Positions 9,643 to 19,552 of a DNA stretch of 64,000 nt are shown here, one piece after another. Under the pieces are notes generated by a model. That model had not been told where the DNA came from, did no database searches, and saw only the letters and a program-made list of their open reading frames with translations. Where the stretch lies: IMG/VR virus record IMGVR_UViG_3300050821_013430, positions 310,001 to 374,000 of that record; one strand, written 5' to 3'. The position numbers and the translations under genes were made by a program. The first letter of the stretch is position 1. Each line of letters opens with the position of its first letter.

Positions 9643-10067
9643 AGCGGTGTAATCCTTTCGATATGGCATGAGCCGTTAGGCCATGCGAAGGTATAGCGTT
9701 CGATGTTCTCACGAGAAAAGCACCTCAGGTAGCGGACAGCCTTCCGATTAGTGATTCGCCTCTGGTAGAAGGGATCATCAACGGAAGTGATGTTGATCTT
9801 GGGTTTGCCGTATTGAGAGTGGGTCAGATCGAAGATACGGCCTTCGTGCTCGACCCAAGCATGCCCGTTCTTTGGATCGGTAAAGTACTTGCCTACTACC
9901 AGGGTAGGCTGAAAGTCCATCTGCCTCAGTCTCAGGAAAAGCGAGTAGGAAGCAACTGAACAAGCGCCTTTGAGGGTCTGAGGCGAGAAACCTGCTTGAT
10001 GGGCTATTCGGGCGCAGGCGAGGCGAATGTCGGGGCCCAATTGCTTTTTGACCAGATGGTCGATCAT
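9639..10067 (-). CDS. Transglutaminase/papain-like fold protein
   Basis: GAC...GHAWVEHEGRIFDLT suggests a Cys-His-Asp triad. Confidence 0.5.
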   Translation of the reverse strand: MIDHLVKKQLGPDIRLACARIAHQAGFSPQTLKGACSVASYSLFLRLRQMDFQPTLVVGKYFTDPKNGHAWVEHEGRIFDLTHSQYGKPKINITSVDDPFYQRRITNRKAVRYLRCFSRENIERYTFAWPNGSCHIERITPL

Positions 10068-10074
10068 GGGCTTG

Positions 10075-10734
10075 CTACTTGGCTAAACCGTTGGGAGTAA
10101 TGGTTTGATGCTTCCAATGTACATCGGTCTGCACATGATCTTTGCGTACCCACTTCTGCACACACTGAGGAAACTCCTCATCGGAGAACTCTCGTTCTAC
10201 ACGGACAACCACACCTTCTCGAATAGTACCCAGAGCAGATGGCTGCTTGGCGAGATTGAGAATAAGGTCTTTCAATGTCTTGGCGGTATCCACCTTACCC
10301 TCAAACAAGACTGGTACAGTAGGCAGTCCAAGTAGGGAACAGAATCGACATACTGCACTCCAACGCAGCCAATTATCGTTGATCCTGATGCCGAACATCA
10401 TGAGGTAGCCGGGGAGTTTGTCGTAGGCTAAGGAATGCTTGGCGTAGGCGTATTCGCCAAACCATTGAGAGTCAGGAGGAATGTCGTGCTTGATGGTAGC
10501 GTGTAGGGCTTTCAACAAGTCGAAAGAAGGATGGATGGGAGGGCCCGAATGAGAACGGGCAAACACTCCGTCATGCTCTAAGCAGACATTGGAGCCATCA
10601 ATCTTCTCCGTAATGACAATGGGAACATTGAGCAATGCTTCTACACTGTCAGCGATCTTGTCGTCGTTGGTGGCACCTTCCGAGAAAGGTAGGTGCATGG
10701 TGCGGGGATACTTAGGGCTGGTCATGACTGACAC
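10075..10734 (-). CDS. ATP-dependent RNA ligase family protein
   Basis: KYPRTMHLPFS, TEKIDGSN (motif I), EGVVVR, KWVR. Confidence 0.85.
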   Translation of the reverse strand: MSVMTSPKYPRTMHLPFSEGATNDDKIADSVEALLNVPIVITEKIDGSNVCLEHDGVFARSHSGPPIHPSFDLLKALHATIKHDIPPDSQWFGEYAYAKHSLAYDKLPGYLMMFGIRINDNWLRWSAVCRFCSLLGLPTVPVLFEGKVDTAKTLKDLILNLAKQPSALGTIREGVVVRVEREFSDEEFPQCVQKWVRKDHVQTDVHWKHQTITPNGLAK

Positions 10735-10903
10735 ACTGCTTAGGGATCGGCTCGCAGATACATCCCTGCACGGCGGAATAACTCTTCATATGCTGGCCTT
10801 GTTGATTACAGACCCCAGCGCAAGCCCTTATGTTGATGGCATCGTTCATACCTACACCATCACACGCGCACAGACACACCAGCGCAATCAATAGGTATCG
10901 CAC
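10712..10903 (-). CDS. Small Cys-rich lipoprotein-like protein
   Basis: MRYLLIALVCLCAC... Confidence 0.45.
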   Translation of the reverse strand: MRYLLIALVCLCACDGVGMNDAINIRACAGVCNQQGQHMKSYSAVQGCICEPIPKQCVSHDQP

Positions 10904-11081
10904 GGTTAGTTTCTCCTCGGGCGGAAGTCCTGCGCCTCGATCTCGACCGGCTCGACCTTACAATCAATACCTTCCTCTCGGAACACCTTGTCGCCGTATT
11001 GATCGGCCTCTTCCTTGCGGATGGTTTCCAATCGAAGTCTTCCGTTCTCACCAGTTTCGCGAACATAGTAGCAAGTGATCT

Positions 11082-11357
11082 TCATTGAGAGATGCCTTTC
11101 GTTGAGTGGAATTGACCGCATTGTGGGCAGAGACAAGCCTTCAATGTATCGAGAGCCGCGAAGATCGGATCTGGATTACCAGCGGCATCTTCGGGATCAG
11201 GATACCAGCCCATTCCGTCATAGTGATCGTACCAGTAAGGAGACACCTTCCCATAATCCATCAGAGGGCGCGCTGCTGTATCGCAGTACTGGCATAGGAT
11301 GATTGGGGCTTCCGAACGGTAGGTAAGCGTCTTGGCGCAAACAAGGCAGTCGCTCAT
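11082..11357 (-). CDS. CxQCxxxH-tail protein, N-terminal CxxC..CxxC finger (family B)
   Basis: MSDCLVC...CQYC...CPQCGQFH. Confidence 0.75.
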   Translation of the reverse strand: MSDCLVCAKTLTYRSEAPIILCQYCDTAARPLMDYGKVSPYWYDHYDGMGWYPDPEDAAGNPDPIFAALDTLKACLCPQCGQFHSTKGISQ

Positions 11358-11587
11358 TGGTGATATCCCTTACACTGAGGACAGAGTGAGGCTCGTGTTG
11401 CTAACACCCTGTCTTGGTTTTTCGAGGTATTAGCCCAGCCATCTCCGCCATACCTTTCCCAGTAAGAGCGGATATACTCACAAACGGTGTCTCCCAGCCT
11501 ACGAGCATCAATTTTAGCGCAGGAGGCGCAGATCACAAGCGACTTTGTTTCGTACCTGCACTCTCGATCACAAACTACGCAGATCAT
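11354..11587 (-). CDS. CxQCxxxH-tail protein, family B
   Basis: MICVVC...CASC...CPQCKGYHQ*. Confidence 0.75.
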   Translation of the reverse strand: MICVVCDRECRYETKSLVICASCAKIDARRLGDTVCEYIRSYWERYGGDGWANTSKNQDRVLATRASLCPQCKGYHQ

Positions 11588-11829
11588 GGATGCACCTGCT
11601 TGCATTGAGGACAGAGGGCCAACTTCAATTGGACTGCCTTTATTCTCTCTCGCATCATTAGCGTATCCAAGAATCCGTTCCCGTCATGCTCCGCCCACCA
11701 ATTACGAAGGTGCTCAGATGGTTCTTTCCCTTGCAAGCGTTCATCGATCTCATCGCAAGCGGGGCAGAAGAACAATGGCAATTCGAGGCCATACCTACAC
11801 TCGCGTTCGCATGCTGCACACTTTCTCAT
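11584..11829 (-). CDS. CxQCxxxH-tail protein, family B
   Basis: MRKCAAC...CPAC...CPQCKQVHP*. Confidence 0.75.
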   Translation of the reverse strand: MRKCAACERECRYGLELPLFFCPACDEIDERLQGKEPSEHLRNWWAEHDGNGFLDTLMMRERIKAVQLKLALCPQCKQVHP

Positions 11830-12086
11830 AGGTGAAACTCTCCACATTGAGGGCATTGAGTGTTCCACTGCTTTGAGTGATTCCAAAAGGCAACCCAATC
11901 TTTCAGGCAATCGCACGCAGCATGCGCGAGGGTCGACCTCTCATTGGGGTCTCCCTTGGCCTTCAATTCCACCTTCGCCCCACACACCGAACATATGGCG
12001 GGCACCCTGACCTTGGCAAACTTCTTGCTGCCCACTGCTTTCAGGCCAAACCAACTCGGGTTGACCCAATACTCTAAGAACTCCAT
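11826..12086 (-). CDS. CxQCxxxH-tail protein (MEFLxYW subgroup)
   Basis: MEFLEYW...CSVC...CPQCGEFHL*. Confidence 0.75.
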   Translation of the reverse strand: MEFLEYWVNPSWFGLKAVGSKKFAKVRVPAICSVCGAKVELKAKGDPNERSTLAHAACDCLKDWVAFWNHSKQWNTQCPQCGEFHL

Positions 12087-12346
12087 CAATGCACCTCACC
12101 ACATTGTAAGCACAACTCGTTCCATTCCTTGCACATAGCCCACGCATCAGAGACATTGTGGACATGTTCGCATCTATCAGACGTCAGATAGGAACGCTCA
12201 CTTTTAGACCCAGGCTGCAACAACTTGATGGGATACTTGCAGATAGGGCATTCGGTTGGCATTCTGATCTTGATCGGTCTGCGAGGCATGCCTTCTGGCA
12301 AGACTCGAATAGCCCAAGAGTTGATCCAGTAGTCTAAGAACTCCAT
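12086..12346 (-). CDS. CxQCxxxH-tail protein (MEFLxYW subgroup)
   Basis: MEFLDYW...CPIC...CLQCGEVH*; tandem paralog of previous. Confidence 0.75.
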   Translation of the reverse strand: MEFLDYWINSWAIRVLPEGMPRRPIKIRMPTECPICKYPIKLLQPGSKSERSYLTSDRCEHVHNVSDAWAMCKEWNELCLQCGEVH

Positions 12347-13003
12347 TCATCGCTCCACGAAGGTAGAAGGTAAGACCGGATCGCCCACGTAGTAGAAGGC
12401 AAACCCGTAGAAGGTATGGTAGGTGCCGTAGCACTCACTACTACTCGGGTCGGTGGTCAGGAAGAAGAACTCCTTCCCGGGCCACTGATCCCCAATCAGG
12501 AATACACTGTCAGTAATAGCCGCGTCTTGCTTGTAGGCATCCAAACCTACGTACGGCATGATGGGAACATCCCCATTCATCTTGACAAGGGCAATTGGCT
12601 GAGAGCAGCCAGGATCCGCAAAGAGGAAGTTGGTCGTTTCATTGTTGGGAAGACACCGCTCTAAGTCATCAGCGGCCAACCCCCAGTTGCAAGTGATCTG
12701 CAATTGGCTATCGAAGTAGTGGTCAAAGGTGATCACGTTGTTGGAATCGACGCAATCCACCTCAGTCAATCGGGGGTATTCGGTTGGACGAACAACGGTA
12801 GAGACGCAGTAGTTATAGGGAGTGCTGACATCACCAGCATCATCAGAAGCGGTGGCATCCACTCCCATATCATCAGAAGTAGCGTCATTGGAAGTGGCAT
12901 CGGGAGAGCCATCGGATGCTGATCCGGCATCAATAGCCGGGTCAGCAACCACAATGGAACTGCAAGCCAGTAAGACAAGACAAGCAACGATGAGTTTGCG
13001 CAT
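12347..13003 (-). CDS. Secreted or exported protein with D/A/S low-complexity linker
   Basis: Signal peptide MRKLIVACLVLLACSS; DA(T/G)SxD repeats. Confidence 0.6.
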   Translation of the reverse strand: MRKLIVACLVLLACSSIVVADPAIDAGSASDGSPDATSNDATSDDMGVDATASDDAGDVSTPYNYCVSTVVRPTEYPRLTEVDCVDSNNVITFDHYFDSQLQITCNWGLAADDLERCLPNNETTNFLFADPGCSQPIALVKMNGDVPIMPYVGLDAYKQDAAITDSVFLIGDQWPGKEFFFLTTDPSSSECYGTYHTFYGFAFYYVGDPVLPSTFVER

Positions 13004-13398
13004 CAGACTTCGAGCCTTGACAGCATCTCCGTCTTGGTGGCGGGCTTCTCATGAGCCGCTTCCAAAGAAAGCAACTTGGCCTTGCACTTCCTCAATTCCT
13101 CTTCCACCTTGGGCAAGTCTTTCTTGGCCCAAAGCATCGGCAGGTAATTGACGTCATCCTCTGCCAACATCTGTACGTAGTTTGGATGAATGGCTACATA
13201 CAGGTTAGAGGGCCCAAGCCAACGACACCGAGGGCGATGCTGCTGCAAAACGGTGCCTTCCTTCTTACCAGTTTGAGCACCGCAGAAGATGCACATGTTG
13301 CCGTTATTGAGGTTGCGCTGCCAGTAGGCACTAAACTTGTACCAGTAGCGATGGATGAGGGAATTGAGAGACCAGAGGAATTGGAGGATGAGTTTCAT
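13003..13398 (-). CDS. Hypothetical Zn-finger/coiled-coil protein
   Basis: CIFC...H.P.C; ATGA overlap. Confidence 0.5.
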   Translation of the reverse strand: MKLILQFLWSLNSLIHRYWYKFSAYWQRNLNNGNMCIFCGAQTGKKEGTVLQQHRPRCRWLGPSNLYVAIHPNYVQMLAEDDVNYLPMLWAKKDLPKVEEELRKCKAKLLSLEAAHEKPATKTEMLSRLEV

Positions 13399-13709
13399 GA
13401 CGACTTTCCCTTCTTGGACAGACGAGTGGCAGACTTCTCTTTGGCCACGCGCTCCTTGTTCTTCTCGGAACGATCGGCGTTGGCAGCGCCACGCTTGTTG
13501 GCGATTACTGCCTTGGCATCCGCATCCCCGCTCTTGGATTGGGAACGCATGTACTGCTTGAAAGAGAGGTGGGAATTGGCCTTGCGCCAACGGGACTTCA
13601 ATCGCGATGACGGAGTACCAGTACCGAGAACGCCGCTACTGTTGCGGGCAGAGGTGCTGCTAATGGTACTGACGGTGCCACTGGTAGTCGTCGTGTTTTC
13701 TTCGCTCAT
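13395..13709 (-). CDS. Basic low-complexity protein
   Basis: K/R/S/T-rich. Confidence 0.5.
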   Translation of the reverse strand: MSEENTTTTSGTVSTISSTSARNSSGVLGTGTPSSRLKSRWRKANSHLSFKQYMRSQSKSGDADAKAVIANKRGAANADRSEKNKERVAKEKSATRLSKKGKSS

Positions 13710-14008
13710 TTGGACTTCTTGCCTTTGGTCTTGGGTTTGGACTTGGGTTTCTTGCCGGAGGTGAGGTCGTCGAACAATTTCAGAGACTGCTTGGGGACTT
13801 CACCCTTTTGCTTGGTCAGGTTAGTCCTGACCTTCATCAGGTCGGTATAGGAGGAGTTTCCGATGATCCGGATCAGATGCTGCTCCATTCGCTTGTAGGT
13901 CGGAGTAGAATAGTATGGGATCTTGGGATTGGTGCCAGTGGGCTTTTGGAGGGAGATGATGGAAAGTTGATCCAGAAGGAAAAGACGGGTATCGACCAGA
14001 TTACTCAT
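13706..14008 (-). CDS. Basic hypothetical protein
   Basis: GAGG SD, Lys-rich tail. Confidence 0.5.
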   Translation of the reverse strand: MSNLVDTRLFLLDQLSIISLQKPTGTNPKIPYYSTPTYKRMEQHLIRIIGNSSYTDLMKVRTNLTKQKGEVPKQSLKLFDDLTSGKKPKSKPKTKGKKSK

Positions 14009-14227
14009 CTCGTGCCTCCCAATACTGTGTGATCTTGGCCCTGATCTTACCGTCAAAGTCAATCCAGTAGTTGTAATCGCGTTCATCGCCAAAACATCCA
14101 CCTTGTTCATAGGTATCGCGCAGTATCAACCCACAAGGACGACATACCAGAGCACAGTAAGTTTCATCAGGTGGGAAGGAGAGATGGACTTTCCTTTCGC
14201 ATCCGATACAGTAAGAGACATGAGTAC

Positions 14228-14515
14228 TCATCGTTCGTCCTTGATCATCAGGGACTTCTCGTAAGCCTCTACATCCTCGAAGCCGTTGGCGATGGCATCT
14301 TCCTTGCGTTGCTGATTCCAAAGACGGAGGCCTTCCTCGTTGGTATTGAGGGTCTTGGCAATTTCCCAACCAGAAGCAATCTGGGTGTTGAGAAAGTCTC
14401 CGTCCTCGTTCTTGACCCAGCGCCAGTAGGATTTAGAACGACGCTGAACAATTACTTGCTGGCACTTCTGGCCCGGCCGAGACATCTTCTTCTGTACCTG
14501 ATCGTAAAACATCAC
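14228..14515 (-). CDS. Hypothetical protein
   Basis: Coupled to neighbours. Confidence 0.5.
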   Translation of the reverse strand: MMFYDQVQKKMSRPGQKCQQVIVQRRSKSYWRWVKNEDGDFLNTQIASGWEIAKTLNTNEEGLRLWNQQRKEDAIANGFEDVEAYEKSLMIKDER

Positions 14516-14776
14516 TCACACTCCTTCGTGGTTTTCACCACACTGACGACATCTTCCGCGGCACTCAACAATCACATCATCCCACTCACTGCCCTTGGCA
14601 ATGGCAGATCCATAGTCTATCTGTATGCGTTTCATACCAGCATTGGGTATGCTGCCGTACATCACAATGCAAACTAATTCCGAGCACTTAGGGCACAGAT
14701 AGTGATAGCGGACGCCATCCTGCGTGCCACCAATGTAGTCGAAGTTAGCATCACAAACGGCGCAGGTTTGATTCAT
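14516..14776 (-). CDS. CxQCxxxH-tail protein, family B
   Basis: MNQTCAVC...CPKC...CRQCGENHEGV*. Confidence 0.7.
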   Translation of the reverse strand: MNQTCAVCDANFDYIGGTQDGVRYHYLCPKCSELVCIVMYGSIPNAGMKRIQIDYGSAIAKGSEWDDVIVECRGRCRQCGENHEGV

Positions 14777-14777
14777 C

Positions 14778-14975
14778 TCAGTACCACGACCTGCTATCAG
14801 TGGTATTCTGGCGGTAGGTCAGATATCCACGCGTGCGCCAGCAACGGCCGCAAAAGTCGCCTGCTCCGTATAGGTGCTTCCAGTTATGCCCCCTCATCAG
14901 ACAAGCAATCAGCCTGTACAAGAAGAAGGCCCAACTCACCATCATGATCCGCATTCTCTCGATCTGCCAGTTCAT
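14778..14975 (-). CDS. DUF1660-like small Zn-binding protein
   Basis: LIACLMRGHNW...CGRC. Confidence 0.5.
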   Translation of the reverse strand: MNWQIERMRIMMVSWAFFLYRLIACLMRGHNWKHLYGAGDFCGRCWRTRGYLTYRQNTTDSRSWY

Positions 14976-15824
14976 CTCAACACCTTCCTGAGTAGAAGAG
15001 TCCAATCATTCCACCGAACACCAACACACTGGTGAGAGTTAGCGGCACCCAGGTGCCAAACCGATCGTTCAGGTAGTTCAGCAGTTTGCTGAACAGAAAG
15101 AGCATCAACACTCCCCAGGAGATTAGACAGTACCACAGAACGGCTCTCGGCATGCTATCGAGGATATGGTCGATCATCAGTTTCGATCTCGGGCGACCAA
15201 CAGCAATTCCTTCCCGTTCTTTCGGGCCAAGGAGATCATCTCTCGCTCGACTTCCTGTTGAGAGAGGGCACGATTCCACAAGAGGTTAGCGTAGGACGCC
15301 ACCTGATAGTGATTTAGGCTGGTGGCCTTGCTAACGGAGGCAATCCAATCGGGAGTCAGTTTGAGTTTGCTCACGTGTCGATCCTATCAGTTATGTAGAG
15401 GGTGATACGGCCAGAGAGATACAACGGAATGGTTAGAGTCCCAAGACCTAACCAGAAGGCGGTATAGGCGATCCTCCGAGGGGAAGACCAGGCGTGCAGA
15501 TGCTGAGCCATCTCGAAGGAGATGGCGGTGGGGCATCCTGCTGCCATCATCAACAAGCCAGTGTTTTCAATCGTTCGTTTGAGTCGCATAGTCCAAGTGC
15601 CTTTCCTAAGGAGGTAAACCCTGACCCCATCTGTTGTAGGGTCTGCTCAATCACTTCCGTCTTGAATCGAGTGGCGTAAGGAGTCGAGGCGGGAAGTAGA
15701 TCTCGAAACTCTCCACAAAAACATCCATACACCCAGCAAGCAAACCAATGGATTTGATCTGGCTTAGCCAGATCCTTGATCATAGCGTGATGCTTGGATC
15801 GCTTATGCTTGCACTGGCAGATGT

Positions 15825-16115
15825 CTATGGATGCGTTTTGCCGCATTGGGGGCAGACCTCCACTGAATCGAGAGAGACCCAAAAGACTCGTCGACCATTG
15901 TATTGTTGATCCCATTCACGAGCGATGCTACTATCTACAAGCACCCAGCCCCGATCGTTGAGTACGATATACCCCTCTTGGGAGAGATAGACGCCATAGC
16001 CAACGATAGTGGTCGGTCTGGTTTGATTCGTGTTTGGACTCGGCCGCTCTAATAGGCTGCCAGCAGCGGATGCACCAATTCTAACCTGAGTGCCGATGGG
16101 GAGTTTGGTGATCAT
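15825..16115 (-). CDS. CxQCxxxH-tail protein, family A
   Basis: LPIGTQVRI...TIVGYG...GYIVL..RGW...CPQCGKTHP*. Confidence 0.75.
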   Translation of the reverse strand: MITKLPIGTQVRIGASAAGSLLERPSPNTNQTRPTTIVGYGVYLSQEGYIVLNDRGWVLVDSSIAREWDQQYNGRRVFWVSLDSVEVCPQCGKTHP

Positions 16116-16355
16116 CTTAGCCTTCCAAGATCACAGAGGGCTTCTTGTACTTGGTCGGATCCAGTTTCTTGCAGGTCGAAAGGGAAGCGTCAATCCATGC
16201 CCAGCCTGCGATCTTCCTCGCGGCGGGGACACAATCCGCAGCCACGATCATCTCTGTTGGCACCATATGGAAGTCCATACACCAGGAGATATGATCCTTA
16301 GGGGCGAGGTGGTAGATGTTCATCGGCTTCTTGGTTGCCTTGACTTTGGACTTCT

Positions 16356-16625
16356 TCATGGATGTTCCTTTCCACATTGGTGGCAGAGGGAGGGGTCGAT
16401 GACGATCTGCCTAATCTCGGAGGCGCGCATCGTACCTGTCTCCCAGAAAGTCCAGCCATGATCCGTCGAGAAGCAGTCATCAATCGATCGATTGACCCAC
16501 ACTTGCAGTTGATCGGCACAAACCAGGAAACACGCCCGACAGATGATGATGCTGCCGTAGCGGATCTCACTCTCCCAGACATTGGGAATGGACTGATGGC
16601 AGCGAAGACAATTGGTGGTCGTCAT
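16356..16625 (-). CDS. CxQCxxxH-tail protein, family B
   Basis: CLRC...CRAC...CHQCGKEHP*. Confidence 0.75.
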   Translation of the reverse strand: MTTTNCLRCHQSIPNVWESEIRYGSIIICRACFLVCADQLQVWVNRSIDDCFSTDHGWTFWETGTMRASEIRQIVIDPSLCHQCGKEHP

Positions 16626-16628
16626 GGG

Positions 16629-16898
16629 TCAATGCACCTTTCCACACTGAGAACAAGGATAGAACGGAGAGAGGGAGAGCAAGAGCGTCCACTTCTCCTG
16701 ACACTCCTTCGGAAGAGACCAGTAGTATGGGCCCCAGAAGGTATAGCCAGAGGATGTCGAGTGCAACTCATCTGAGGGGCGGAAGATGTCAGCCAGCGTC
16801 AGGCAAGAGCGTTGATCGAGACAACATGCCCTACACCAGATCATCCAATCCTTTTGCATCGTACCATTCACCTGGGCGTTGCAGCGATGGCAATTCAT
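16629..16898 (-). CDS. CxQCxxxH-tail protein, family B
   Basis: MNCHRC...CRAC...CSQCGKVH*. Confidence 0.75.
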   Translation of the reverse strand: MNCHRCNAQVNGTMQKDWMIWCRACCLDQRSCLTLADIFRPSDELHSTSSGYTFWGPYYWSLPKECQEKWTLLLSLSPFYPCSQCGKVH

Positions 16899-16901
16899 GG
16901 C

Positions 16902-17171
16902 TCAGTGTTCCTTCCCGCATTGGGGGCAAAAGAGGCCAAACAGGCCTAAGATGGACGACCATATCTCCTGGGCCGTGCGTAGTTCTTCGGAGAAGAAGGT
17001 AGCGCCTTCCTTGATGAAGTGGGCCGCATCAATACTGTCCCAGAGTCCAAATCGTTTGAGTTGGTTTTTGACAGGAGTACAGCATTCCACGCAAAACCAG
17101 TGGAAGTCTTTGCCGAGGACGCGGGCTTTCGGCAAGTGCTTTTTGCAGGCACGGCAATAGACCATTTCCAT
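16902..17171 (-). CDS. CxQCxxxH-tail protein, family B
   Basis: MEMVYCRAC...CVEC...CPQCGKEH*. Confidence 0.75.
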   Translation of the reverse strand: MEMVYCRACKKHLPKARVLGKDFHWFCVECCTPVKNQLKRFGLWDSIDAAHFIKEGATFFSEELRTAQEIWSSILGLFGLFCPQCGKEH

Positions 17172-17175
17172 TCGA

Positions 17176-17436
17176 TCAGCCTTCCACGATCTTGACCACC
17201 GGACTGGTGATGGTGGTGGGAAGAGAGCCTTCGACCGGCGGTGGCTGAATGTCGCTCGTCCAGACAATCATCACTGACCGTCCGACTTCGATGCCACTGA
17301 GGATAGCATCGTAGTGTTTCCACTCACCATCCTTGCCCTGACGAGGGGTAGGATCGCTTGCGCCATTGAGACGACGGACTTGCTTGTCGATCTCATTGAC
17401 CTCGTAGAGAGAGCCGCTTTCAGTTTGGAATCGCAT
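17176..17436 (-). CDS. Phage hypothetical protein
   Basis: MRFQTESGSLYEV...TITSPVVKI. Confidence 0.6.
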   Translation of the reverse strand: MRFQTESGSLYEVNEIDKQVRRLNGASDPTPRQGKDGEWKHYDAILSGIEVGRSVMIVWTSDIQPPPVEGSLPTTITSPVVKIVEG

Positions 17437-17449
17437 AGGGTAATCCTTT

Positions 17450-17710
17450 CTAAGGGTGAGTGCCGAAGCATTGGGGGCAATAGATGTCTGATGGGCAAAC
17501 CGCAAGAATGCGCTTACCATCGTGAGTTGTCCAAAGAGTGAATCCGTTTCTGTCTATCCAATGCTTGTCAGTCCATGTCCAAGTATCCCCAAGTATCGGA
17601 GCCCGACTAACAGCGCACGCAGCACACATGATGAGAGTAAACTCACCTCCCATATGGCCATCATAGATGAGACCGTCCTTAGCACACCACGAACATCGAT
17701 AGGTAGTCAT
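17450..17710 (-). CDS. CxQCxxxH-tail protein, family B
   Basis: MTTYRCSWC...CAAC...CPQCFGTHP*. Confidence 0.75.
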   Translation of the reverse strand: MTTYRCSWCAKDGLIYDGHMGGEFTLIMCAACAVSRAPILGDTWTWTDKHWIDRNGFTLWTTHDGKRILAVCPSDIYCPQCFGTHP

Positions 17711-17976
17711 GAATGGACATCTCCGCATTGAAGACAGATCTGATCGAGCGGTGGCAACTGACAAAGCCGGTCGCCATGATCCTCCGCAGCACGAAACCAA
17801 GTGTGCCCGCGCGTCTCTAACAGGTAGTCATCGCTTTCCGTCTTCCAGATGCCAAGTCGGAGTAGACTCTTCCTTTCTCGAAGAGAGCAGACTTTGCACC
17901 AGACAGGTATTTCGGCAATTGAACTGGTCGAGACAGAAACACTAACACCGCAACGCCAACACTTAGTGGGATGCAT
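17707..17976 (-). CDS. CxQCxxxH-tail protein, family B
   Basis: MHPTKCWRC...CKVC...CLQCGDVHS*. Confidence 0.75.
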   Translation of the reverse strand: MHPTKCWRCGVSVSVSTSSIAEIPVWCKVCSLRERKSLLRLGIWKTESDDYLLETRGHTWFRAAEDHGDRLCQLPPLDQICLQCGDVHS

Positions 17977-18218
17977 TAGTGATGTACCTTTCTGCACTGG
18001 GGGCAAGAACCTTTGAGAGGTAAAGCGTTCAACTTCCGCAGATTGAAGTCCGCGCTCCAATCCATATAGCCCTTACTCTCGACATACTCATCGTTGATGG
18101 TGATGTCGTTGGCGATTAGGAGAGGTCTTTCGGATCGATAGCAGTCAGCGCACCAACAAACAGTGTAGCAACCTCCGGACTGCTGCATGCCTGTACAACG
18201 ATCGCAAGTGGGAGGCAT
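17976..18218 (-). CDS. CxQCxxxH-tail protein, family B
   Basis: MPPTCDRC...CADC...CPQCRKVHH*. Confidence 0.75.
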   Translation of the reverse strand: MPPTCDRCTGMQQSGGCYTVCWCADCYRSERPLLIANDITINDEYVESKGYMDWSADFNLRKLNALPLKGSCPQCRKVHH

Positions 18219-18221
18219 TGG

Positions 18222-18914
18222 TTAGTGCCTCTTGCCACATTGAGAGCAGATAGGATCAAGATGATGGACTGGGGCCGCGACCTCTTCGTCATCATCGTCC
18301 TCGTCCTCATCAAACTCCTCTTCCTCTTCCTCTTCCTCTTCCTCTTCCTCTTCGCAAGAACAGCATTCGATTAGGTCGCCACACTCGTAGCAAGTACAAT
18401 CGCCAGAGCAACCGCAAGTATCACAGTCGCTGCACGGCCCTTCGCAGTTAGATTCGCCACACTCACTACAACACTCGCAATACTGCGGACAGTTATCGCA
18501 ACCCTCACAAGTGTCGCAAGGGGCACAACAATAGGAGCAGCACTCACAATCAGATTCTGGCTTGTTGCATTCTGGGCACTCGGGTTCGGCGAAGAAGTCA
18601 TCGTCCAACGGATTCGGTGCTTCGACTTCGATCTCAGCCTCTACGCCAGCAATCTCGATCTCGAGATCACCGCCACCATTCTCCTGAATGAAAGCCTTTA
18701 CCGCCTGTTTCCATTCGCCATTACGAATCAGATCATTGATATCCTTGCCAAGTTCCCGATCCTCTGGCTGATCCATATTGAAGTTCTGTTCGATACAACT
18801 CACGATGGTATGGCATGCGGCTTTGGCAGCCAACTCCTCCGTCTTGTAGATGGAAACTTCGGGTTCGTCGTAGCAGGCACTGCTGTCTTTGGTCGTAAGC
18901 ATCCAAGTCTTCAT
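18222..18914 (-). CDS. CxQCxxxH-tail protein with metallothionein-like Cys block and poly-Glu tract
   Basis: About 26 Cys in about 75 aa, E/D run, ends CSQCGKRH*. Confidence 0.75.
   Translation of the reverse strand: MKTWMLTTKDSSACYDEPEVSIYKTEELAAKAACHTIVSCIEQNFNMDQPEDRELGKDINDLIRNGEWKQAVKAFIQENGGGDLEIEIAGVEAEIEVEAPNPLDDDFFAEPECPECNKPESDCECCSYCCAPCDTCEGCDNCPQYCECCSECGESNCEGPCSDCDTCGCSGDCTCYECGDLIECCSCEEEEEEEEEEEEEFDEDEDDDDEEVAAPVHHLDPICSQCGKRH
18317..18352. repeat. (CCTCTT)6 microsatellite encoding poly-Glu
   Basis: Six perfect hexamer copies. Confidence 0.9.
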
Positions 18915-18926
18915 AAGCAATTCTCC

Positions 18927-19298
18927 TTAGCAAGCGTATAGATTCCAGGGTCGATGATCAGCGTCCAATTCAGGAAGTGGATCATCGTTCGGTGATATAT
19001 GGGTCAAAACACCGTTGGTGTGTCGAGCGATGGCATGGTCGCACGCATAGCACCAGCCACTCTGCACACGGAAGTACGGACGCACGGAGGCAAAGACCTC
19101 TTCGTCAAAGTCCGGCAGTCCCATCCACACCACATTGAAAGAGGCGGAATACTGCGTCCAAAGTTGCTGAGCCTGCATCGGAGAGACATCATAGTCTCGA
19201 TCTCGGAAGACCCTGACGATCCGATCACACTCACGTGGATGCGTGATGGTGGGGGCAGGAGTATGAAGTTGGATGGATTTCAATGGGCTTCTCCGCAT
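18927..19298 (-). CDS. Phage hypothetical protein
   Basis: ORF track, GGAG SD. Confidence 0.5.
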   Translation of the reverse strand: MRRSPLKSIQLHTPAPTITHPRECDRIVRVFRDRDYDVSPMQAQQLWTQYSASFNVVWMGLPDFDEEVFASVRPYFRVQSGWCYACDHAIARHTNGVLTHISPNDDPLPELDADHRPWNLYAC

Positions 19299-19501
19299 TG
19301 AGGGCAGACATTGTAGAGGGTCATCGGATTACTCCAACCATACTCTACGCACTTCTCAGCGTGAGCCTTGCGCAATCGAACGAGGCAAAAGTCGCCGCGG
19401 CCGCTGATGGTGGTGTAGAAGGCCATGGTGGCAGGATCGTGGCCACTATTCCGACAACACGCACGATAACCGTTTTGATCGCAGTCGAAGTAGATGTCCA
19501 T
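19280..19501 (-). CDS. CxQCxxxH-tail protein (family D, C..CC..GxH)
   Basis: MDIYFDC...ACC..SGHD...CPQCGEAH*. Confidence 0.7.
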   Translation of the reverse strand: MDIYFDCDQNGYRACCRNSGHDPATMAFYTTISGRGDFCLVRLRKAHAEKCVEYGWSNPMTLYNVCPQCGEAH

Positions 19502-19518
19502 TGTAGTCTCCAACAAGC

Positions 19519-19552
19519 AAAAAGCCCGCAGACCTTTTACAGCCTGCGGGCT
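19519..19552 (-). terminator. Rho-independent terminator
   Basis: agcccgcag/ctgcgggct stem followed by 5 U on minus strand. Confidence 0.7.
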
